Assembly (NCBI GenBank): GCA_905331295.1
Contig: CAJNYD010000357.1
Coordinates: forward strand, 1 to 64,000
Direction: 5' to 3'
DNA length: 64,000 nucleotides
DNA from: Rotaria socialis
Taxonomy: Eukaryota
Part shown: positions 54,968-64,000 of the stretch, in pieces
How positions within the stretch are numbered: position 1 is the stretch's first letter
Layout of the letters: every line of letters starts with the position of its first letter
The notes under the pieces: generated by a model
Databases searched by the model: none
Told to the model about the DNA's origin: nothing
What the model saw: only the letters and a program-made list of their open reading frames with translations
Position numbers and translations under genes: made by a program

Positions 54968-56330
54968 ATTACATTGATCAATTCTCACCAACACAAATTG
55001 ATTTATTATAAATGATTCTATATTTTATCGCACAGTACGATATAACAGTATCAAATACATTGATATCGATGATTAAATGAATTATAAATAAACATGTGTT
55101 CGACTTGCACTTAATGATCACCACATCATGATTTATCTCACATGATCTGGATTGTTGAACAAGCGGAAACATTTTTTCTATAACGTCTCATGATCCATTT
55201 TTTTTTCCTCACATTTTCTTTAAAGTGATGTTATATTTGCACTGATCTCAATCTCCTACTTCATAGTATCTCATTTGGTTTATTTTGATGATTATATTAG
55301 ATTGTGATGTTTTCTTTTTCTTTTCCTTTCTTGCTCGATCAGATTTTGTTATTCAAGTTCAGATATCTATGTTGCACACGGAAAAAATCTTCGTTATTAT
55401 TATTATTTGTTTTTCGTGTTAGATTATCTGCTATTTTTTCTCTCTTCCTTCTTTATTATATGGTAATCGTTTACCTTCATATTTCTCTCATCGTCTTTCT
55501 CACTATATTTTTTTGGGAATATTAAACATATCCATTGTTCTTTCGTTAGTGATTTTTTTGCTATTTGTTTAAATGTTGATAAGCCACATTTTTGTCAACA
55601 TGGGAGAATGTTACAGAGAGGTCACCAGTCAACATTACATTGTTATCTGCTGCTCTCTGTCCTTCTCGTTATTCGTATCTATATGGAGGGATGTTCTCCT
55701 ATTTTTTGGAGAGATTTATATGGTTAATTTTGGTATAAGAAGAATAAAAACGATTGTGCGTAAGCACCAAAAATTATATTGATTGATATAGAGAGAAGGA
55801 GGGAAACGCTCACATATCCCCTTTATATGCCATTAGTATGGAAACTTCTAGAACTTTCTTGACTGTTCTATGAAATTTTCAAAAACAACGCAAAAACTTT
55901 CTTGCCAACCCAATATTTTACATATTTGTTCAGGATTGGAATTCTCACATCATAATTGATGCAGTGAGCACAATATGATCATTATGAGATACCAGATTTA
56001 AAAGAAGAAATATCCAAATAAGTTTTCACTATCAAATCTCACATATTTTCTTGCTTACCATCAAAAATAATATGCGGTTCAGAATTATTTATTCAAATAT
56101 GAAAAAAACAATAAGAAAACAATACGCATTTTCAATACGGTCTTTCAACTATGCAACTTGTCGAGCTGCTTTTTCATCTATGTTGTCTAGTTTTCAAATA
56201 ACAACCAGATGTTCGCTGATGCTGATGTACTACTTCTAAATTCATCGATGACACTTCATAACTGATACTATATCCGTATCACTCTACATTAGAGATTTTG
56301 TAAGGCGATTTTCTAAATATTTAAATACTA

Positions 56331-57541
56331 CCCAGGTGACCAAAAGACTAGTAAAAAGACTAATCTTTTTTCTAGACAAGTCGGCCGTCCAGTCTAGTCT
56401 TTTTCTCAAAATGTCCTAGTACAGGACTAGTCTGAAATCTCGTATAGTCCATAGTGCCCGTCTGGACTATGAAAGTGACTGGAGTCATTCTATTTGTCAT
56501 GCGTAGTCTTTTTCGAAAAAAGTCTAGACATGCTGTACCATCCTGACGCCCGTCAAAAATATGATTCTAAATAAAAGTAAGAGCGTCTATGACGCTTTAC
56601 ATGACGAGTTGTGGTCTTATATAATGACGAGATCCTGACCAGTCTAAACTGAAATATTTTATGACTACAACTAGATTCGAACACACATACCAACTATTAC
56701 TTACCCATCGTTCAGACCATTGAGCCATTTGATCGAGAGATCAATTTATCAGTATTACTAGTCATTCTAAGATGTTTTAAAATACGAATTTTTTCTAAGT
56801 TTTATTCAATTTTTCATATGAATAAAAAATATTTTTTTATAAATTCCAAAATTATTCAGATGAAATTGAATAAAATAAATTGAAAACTGTGGTTATTTTA
56901 TCTCATGTTTTAGTCATTAATTTAGCAATTCACCAGGACAATTTATTCAACAATTTTTTTCCTTCTAATATTCATTTAGATAATTCAGAATTCGGACTGA
57001 CGATGTACTTAAAAAATAGAATAATCTTTACGAACATACAACGGTTTATATCAGCCTAGGAGCAGTCCTTCTAGCTACCATTAAAGGCATTTTCGGGTAG
57101 TGAGAATCAGTTTCCATCAAGTGATTTCTGCACGCATAGTATATGGAAGACGCCCATTTGCATTTTAGAATATATACATAGACATAAGGCTTACTGTATT
57201 ACGGACTGCCGTCAAGACGCCAGTCTGATTTTTAATAGTATTATAAGTGTCTCTAATGTTGTAACCTAACTTTCTTCTCCCTTTTTTACAATATTTTTCC
57301 CTTCTATGTGCTAGTCCAGGTGGGAGTAAATGAATAAACAGACCAGTCTAGACGGGTAAAAGGACAAACGGACTAGTCAGAACGATGCTCTGGGATAGCT
57401 TGGACCAGTCCAGACGGGTAAAAGGACAAACGGACTAGTCACAATAGATATGGAAGACGTATTAGACTAGACTTGACGGATATAGCAGACTTTTTGGACT
57501 AGTCATGTCGCCAGTCCTCCCTATTTTTTTGCTCACTTGGG
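56331..57541. mobile_element. Non-autonomous DNA transposon (~1.2 kb) with CCCAG-type TIRs and GACTAG-rich subterminal repeats
   Basis: Left CCCAGGTGACCAAAA versus reverse complement of right CCCAAGTGAGCAAAA (13/15); many GACTAG/CTAGTC motifs at both ends; a ~39-bp direct repeat at 57341-57379 and 57403-57441. Confidence 0.75.
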
Positions 57542-57869
57542 GAAGCGTATGTTATAGCAAAGCGTTTCTAATTCTCTTTGACGAAACCTATGTTATCTAT
57601 ATTGTTGAATGTTCTTTCTATTATGATTTACTTTGTTGTCGTTTCTCTTTAGTTTTTTTTATAACAAAGTATACGACTGATATATATCTGGATATTCAAT
57701 GGATGTTTTTATTCCAGTTGTTGCATACTGCGTTTTGAGCCTCTCTTGTGCTGATTCATTAACAACTTTCGTGCCTCTGAACGAGTCAATTAATACAGCT
57801 TAGTATATAAGAAGTTCAACAATAATTGATTATTTGAATTAATTTTTGGTTTATTCTTTTTTGTAAAAA

Positions 57870-60800
57870 ATGAAAGATCAAGAATTACCATCAGAATCGA
57901 CATCACGTCCAATTTTTCGCCAAAATCTCAATATAACAACTAGTTCAGCAAATATGCACACTCGAAATAGTTCTTCTTCAAAAGATCTTAATAAAATCGT
58001 TAAACTAACTTCAACAACAACAAAAAGAAATAATCCAAAAACAAAAAAAAACAATTTGGTTCACGAAAGAAAAGAACATATATTCAATCAACACCGAAAT
58101 CTAAAATACCAACAACAATCTTTGACAATTATAGTAATTAGTACTCATGACGATATGATTGGTGATCATGGTTCAACACCAGTACAAAAATCACGTTCAA
58201 ATAATTCTTCTACATGTCAAATTAACATCAATGTAGAAGAAAATTTAATTCATCTTGATGATCCTCTGGCAAGCGATGAAACAGATAACAATGAACCTAA
58301 TCCACCATCGAATGTCGTGCCAAAAACAACTACTAAAACCAAACAAGATGTATGGGAGTACTTTACGAAACAATATAATGGAGAAGTTAAATGTAATTTA
58401 TGTCCGAATTCGTCAAAAGTAATACATCTTTTTCTTTTATTAGACCTTAGATGTGACTATTCTAGAAAAATATAGGTTTCTTTCGAATAATTTAATTTTC
58501 CACAAGAATTGCCTACGGTGTGTTATTTTACTTATTGTTTTTACTGCTTTTTCTAGGCATTTCCAAAATCAAACCAATTATCGGATACAAACCTTCGTAG
58601 TCATCTCGGTCGAGCTCATAAATTTACAGATTTTCTTTATCCATCACAACGTCCAACGAAACAATTACCCGAACAAGAAACTCTATCTGTATCTGGTCAA
58701 AATAAAAAAGCGTTAGATACAGCCGCTATTCAAGCAATTATTGAAGACACACATGCATTCAATATTTTTCGTAAATCTGGAATGCAAAAGTTTCTGTCAT
58801 TGGCTACACCAGGTTATCGTGGTCCAAATCGAAAAACAGTTGTTAAACGTTTGAAATCTATGTACAAAGAACGACGATCAACAATTCGTAATAATTTATC
58901 ATCCATTTCGGATATATCATTATCAGTTGATATTTGGAAAAGTATCCGACAAGATCATTTCTTATGTTTATCTGCACATTATTATGATGATCATTATGAC
59001 GCTAATTCACATGTTATTTCATTTCGTCGTTTTCTTGGTACACATTATAGTGATCGAATAGAACAATTTATTAGTCATGAAATCGAAAAACTTAATATTG
59101 AAGCAAAAATACGTTCAATAACAACTGATAACGGAGCTGATATCCGATTAGCTGCACAAAATAAATAAAAGTTTGGAACAAGAATTTCATGTTTAATACA
59201 TGTTTTGAATTTAGTTGTACAAAATGGTATGTGGTTGTTCAAAATACCAAAGCGACAAACGTAAGCAATCTTTCTCTACAAGAAGAGGGTGACAGAATCC
59301 TTTGACAAACAAATAACTGTATGTTTACATTAGATGATTTTTTAATTGATAGACCAAAACAAAGTTATGCATGAATGAAGAATCCCCACTCTCAGGTTTT
59401 CTAGCAAGTTTTTAATTCTATTGCACATTATTAAAGGTTTTTCTCGTTTGAGCTATGTGGAACAAAATAGCATATGCTCAGATATATATGCAGTCAAAGA
59501 TTTGCTAGTTGACTCGTTAATTCTTTTTTATTTCTGGAATGTACTTAATTCTTTCAGGTTTAGTCAGCATAATCTAGCTGGCATGTGAGCTATTGAAAAG
59601 TCGAAGCGTAGAAATGTCTCTTTGGTATACTTTATTTAATGATCTAAGGCTAAATTGATAATGCTACAAATTTATTTGTTTCTTAAAAGTTCGTAAAAGG
59701 AGAAGTACACGATCAAATGATTAAACAATCATTTGATATTTATTCTATAAACATCTTCATTTATATCAAAGTCGATTGAAAATTGGTATCGATAGGACAT
59801 ACGGAAGATTGCTAAAATAAATGAAATTCGTATTGTGCAATACTATAGTCAACGCTATTTATTTTACAGTTAATTTATTCAAATATCTTCCGTTTTAATG
59901 TATTAAGGGCTTTTCAACTTTCATTGAAACAAAAAATGTCGAAAAATAAAAATATCAGCGCCGGTGGCGCTTAATTCTATTTCGACAGTCTTATTTCGAC
60001 CGAAGTTGAGAGAATTTTTTTATTTCTAACTGCTTAAAAACTCATGCAAATCAGTTGTCTTATATATAATTTTTATCTATAAGCAGGAACACTTGTGTTT
60101 TATTCTACTTTGTTTAGAAAGAATGAAATTATTGCTAAGCTGGTTCTATATTTTCTTGTCGAATATGTTTTAAAGTAGTTGAAAAGATAATTTTATCTCG
60201 CGTTTACTTAAACTCAAAATCGAGGAATAGCTTCTAACTGACTGAATGCATGTTAAAATTTAATTGTTGCTTCATATTTTTTCCATAAAATGCATTTTTG
60301 TTCTTTTCTTTTCAAATAGTTTAACATTATCTTCATCAGCAAATACCACTTCATCAACAATAACAATAACAAAATCAAATCGAACATCATCAAAAACAAA
60401 TACAATCAAATCAAATACAGCATCATCCTCATCCAATAATATTAAATCAAATTCAGCATTATCAGCATCAAGTACAAGCAAATATAATACAACAGCAACA
60501 GCACTTCCTGATTCATTCACTGAAGATGATGATGATGATTTTACAATAAATGATGATCAAGTTTTGGACGAAGTAAGTGATGATAACAAAAGTGATAATA
60601 TGAGTGAAGGTAGTGATATTGACAAATCATCTGATAATACATCAATAACAACATCATCATTATCAGATAATGAATCGAATTGGTCATCTCCAGAAAACAA
60701 TACTGATAATGATGAATTAAATGAACCATTATCATCAACAATTACAGAAGAAGAAGAATTTCTTAGTCGATCATTTGCTGAACCATCAATTCTATTAATC

Positions 60801-62383
60801 AAAGTCAATGTTATTCTTAAACGTGTTCGAAGACTTGTGGCAATGATACGAAATACAAGTGGATTGAATAGATATGTTATCAAAGAAATAAAATTACTAT
60901 TGGAAAATATAAATCGTCAACGAGAAGCTCAAAACAAAAAGAAGATTAACTTTAAACATTTTACATTGGATATGAAAATTAGATGGAATTCGTCTTTTAT
61001 AATGATATCACGTTTTGTATTATTTAGTCCTATCATTACTTCATTAACACATAATCCATCTAAAGAAATCAATTTGAAACCACATCAATACAGAAAATTA
61101 AAAAAACTGTCATTTACATCACTTGATTGGTCTATATTAACAGCACTTGAAAATGTTCTTGAACCATTTAATCATTCAACAAAAATTTTTTCAAGTCGTC
61201 GGCGACCAACTTTATCCATCAATCAATCTTTTATTCATGCTCTAAGAAATTTTTTAACACTAGCCGATGATGCACCATTAACAATCGAAAATTTATTAAA
61301 AAAACAACTATTGTTGAATCTCAATTTTTATTTTGATAAACATGTTAGTGATGAACAATGTAAAGCAATGTTGGTATGTATAAAAAAAAGAACGTGCTTT
61401 GAAGAAAGAAGATGAGAAACACTTTTGATTGTTGTCTACACATCGAAAAATGAATAGCATTTTGTTTCATTTATTATCAAGCACTTTTCCGACTTGCTTC
61501 TAGAAGATAAATTAGGCATTATAACTATTTAAATTGTCATCAAGTTTGCTGTTGTTTATCTGATTACATGTTTTTCTAAATTCGTCTTTTTCATTTCGTC
61601 TTCGGAAATAAAATCTATACAAGCTAAAAATTAGCTGTTATCATTCATCTTTTCATTTCCATGTATTATTAGTTCAAACGATTTCATCAGGTCTTCGGTG
61701 AGGGCTTTCCGTATCGAGAAATTAGAGTCATTAAGATTTTAAATCATAGTAGAAAAGCAATACTCTGTTCAAAAGAGAATTATGAAATATACAATAATGC
61801 TTCTTAACAATTATTTTCAATAAAAGTCATGCTTTTCTCATTTTGTGCTTCATTACAGATATCCTCGTTTCTTGATCCAACAACGTATCCATTTTTGAGT
61901 TGCAATGATAAAAAAGAAGCAGAAACCATCATCTGTAATGAAGCTAAACAACATTATAAAAAATTAAATTCTCAATCATTAACATCATCAAATCAATCAT
62001 CAATAACTAAACCATCAAATAAAGAACAACAAAGTAGTCAAGCAACGATATTGCAAAATTTTTTTTTAACTTGTGGTATTAAACTGCAAGCGACATCAAC
62101 TGCTTTTAAACCATCAACTATAAAAGAAGAAATTGCTCAATATGTTGCAACGGTTAATCTTTATCAAACTTTTAGCCAATACTGGTATGCAAATAAAGAT
62201 CGTTTACCTATTTTATCTTCATTTGTTCGTCAATACAACATCATATGTGCGACTTCCATTGATTGTGAGAGTTCCTTTAGTATTGCTGGCTTTATTCATC
62301 GTAAAAATAGATCTTCATTGGCACCGTCAACCTTGAGATATTCAATGATATTACGTGAGCAAGTCAAAAATGAACAAACATAA
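57870..62383 (+). pseudogene. hAT-superfamily (zf-BED, ZBED-like) transposase gene, 4 exons (57870-58418, 58557-59260, 60320-61373, 61859-62383), with one in-frame stop
   Basis: BED finger VWEYF...CNLC...NLRSHLGRAH; SLSVDIW, ITTDNGA, CLIHVLNLVV, IRWNS, and dimerisation domain W...LPILS...ATSIDCESSFSIAG...RSSL. TAA at 59166-59168 interrupts AAQNK*KFGTRISC. Confidence 0.88.
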
Positions 62384-63624
62384 TTTTTCATGTATTTGTT
62401 GATGGTTTTTTAGTCTCGTCTTTTTGTTTTTTTTGTGCGTTAACTTATAATATTTTTCTTGTACATACAGAAAGATTATGTTGCTTGTCTATGAGTATAT
62501 TTTTTTGTATTATCAGGGAGCGAAATAAAAAGAACTTCTCGTTAAGCTTTGATCTGAAAATAAAATAGGTATTGATATAAGATGTATTCTTTTACGAATG
62601 TGAAAAAAGACGATTTTCTAGTTTAGCCTGTAGTAAAAACAAAAATCGAGATGGCTATGTATAAAAATCTCAAACATAAAGTTAAGTTCTATGCATAACA
62701 AAAAGAGCGTATTATTTCGATTATCATTCAATTTTTCCTGCATAAATGATTCAATTTAAAACACTTAAGATTTTCTATCTATATCATAAGTGTTGCTCTT
62801 CATTTTTAAAAATTGTCTTCGATAATCGAGAAATTACAGCTATACGAGTAGAATAACGAAAACAAATGGTAGCTACATAGGTAAAATAACCGCTAGATAT
62901 GGGTTTCAATTATTTTCATTTCTCTTCATTGTCAGTATACACGATTTTGTTGCTCTTAACGCCCCAGGTAGTCGTGATACAATAGAAATAGTTCTATATA
63001 AGCAAGATCACTCATGAATTGACGAGGATACCTGTTTTTTAACAATTTCTGCATAAAAATATGAATAGTAAACTTTCATATGTACTAGAGAGGTCAGTAA
63101 TCGCTCCGTCATCGGTTATTGTGTACGTGATAACTAAAAATTGATGGCTTAAATTTTTCCACCAAGAAAAAACTACTTTGCTAAAACAAGATTTTTCTTA
63201 ATGTTAGATTCCACGTTTGTGAATCAGAAAATTTGAATCTCTAAACGCTTCTTGAAAATATTTCTGATAGTGTTTTGTTGAAAACTTCACTGTACACATG
63301 GGGATACTTGATAGTGAAAGGTATTTGCTTAAATTCCATAACTGATCACGCGTTCTCTCATAATTTGATTTTCCGATAGTTGAATCAATATCAAAAAGTT
63401 TTATTTTTATTTGATAATTCGTGATCCATATAAAGCTCAAGTGTCTTACGGCGCGTAACAACAAGTAAATCCTGTTACATTAAAATTCTATATTGTAAAA
63501 TATGTAATTACATCTTTATTCAATGCGATTTCGTTGTATTTGGTTAAAATAATTTTTTGAAGATGCGAAGATGAGATTATGGCAAAAGTCAAGAATGATC
63601 ATCGAATACTCTATCAATATATCG

Positions 63625-63746
63625 ACTTTAATTTAGACTTTAATTAAAGTTAAAGTGTTAAAGTGTTTTACTTTAACTTTAACATTTAAAGTTTAAAGTA
63701 TTACTTTAACTTTATTTTTTAAAGTAAAGTTAAAGTGCCACCCCTA
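63625..63746. mobile_element. hAT-like right terminus with ACTTTAA/TTAAAGT subterminal repeats
   Basis: The repeat array ends in GTGCCACCCCTA (reverse complement TAGGGGTGGCAC, typical hAT TAGGG start). A matching left end was not found in the window. Confidence 0.55.
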
Positions 63747-63756
63747 AGTATAACTT

Positions 63757-63855
63757 CGTTTACGGCAACAGTAAACGACTACAAAATACGGTCGCCGTTT
63801 TTCACCGTGAATGATAGGTATACGGCCGCTTACGCCTCAGGTTGATCGACCTGGG
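63757..63855. mobile_element. Truncated right end of a CCCAGGTCGA-type MITE
   Basis: GC-richer tract ending TCGACCTGGG|TA, the same terminal 10 nt as the right TIR at 7194-7203. Confidence 0.55.
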
Positions 63856-64000
63856 TATGCATATATTTTTTTTATTTGAACATGTGTATAATTTGTGTAT
63901 TCATTTTTTTGTTAATGGTTTCGCAGAAAGTTATTTTCTTTAAAATTGTGTTTGTTATATATTTTTTTAATCTAAAATGCAATAAATGTGAAAGAAAAAA

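Overview
AT-rich eukaryotic genomic DNA with many short (~50-70 nt) GT-AG introns; composition, intron size and gene families suggest a bdelloid rotifer (inference, not proven). Host genes: a single-exon orphan class A GPCR on the + strand, then a head-to-tail run on the - strand of a PPP-family Ser/Thr phosphatase (Nudix-like and EF-hand N-terminus), an octopamine/adrenergic-like GPCR, a geminin-like gene, CAPZB, a kappaB-Ras (NKIRAS)-like GTPase and XRN1. Mobile DNA is abundant: the 3' end of a Ginger/KRBA2-like integrase element, several MITEs, and an interrupted hAT transposase gene. The standout is a ~14 kb element (40593-54561) bounded by 22-bp terminal inverted repeats, with its left end 237 bp upstream of the XRN1 start codon. 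Manual splicing of 13 exons gives one ~1830-aa ORF that joins an apparently active USP (C19, USP17/36/42-like) deubiquitinase, a Mutator/NOF-type DDE transposase and a second, catalytically dead USP-like domain. One N at 52446 lies inside this element, so its two ends may not come from the same copy.
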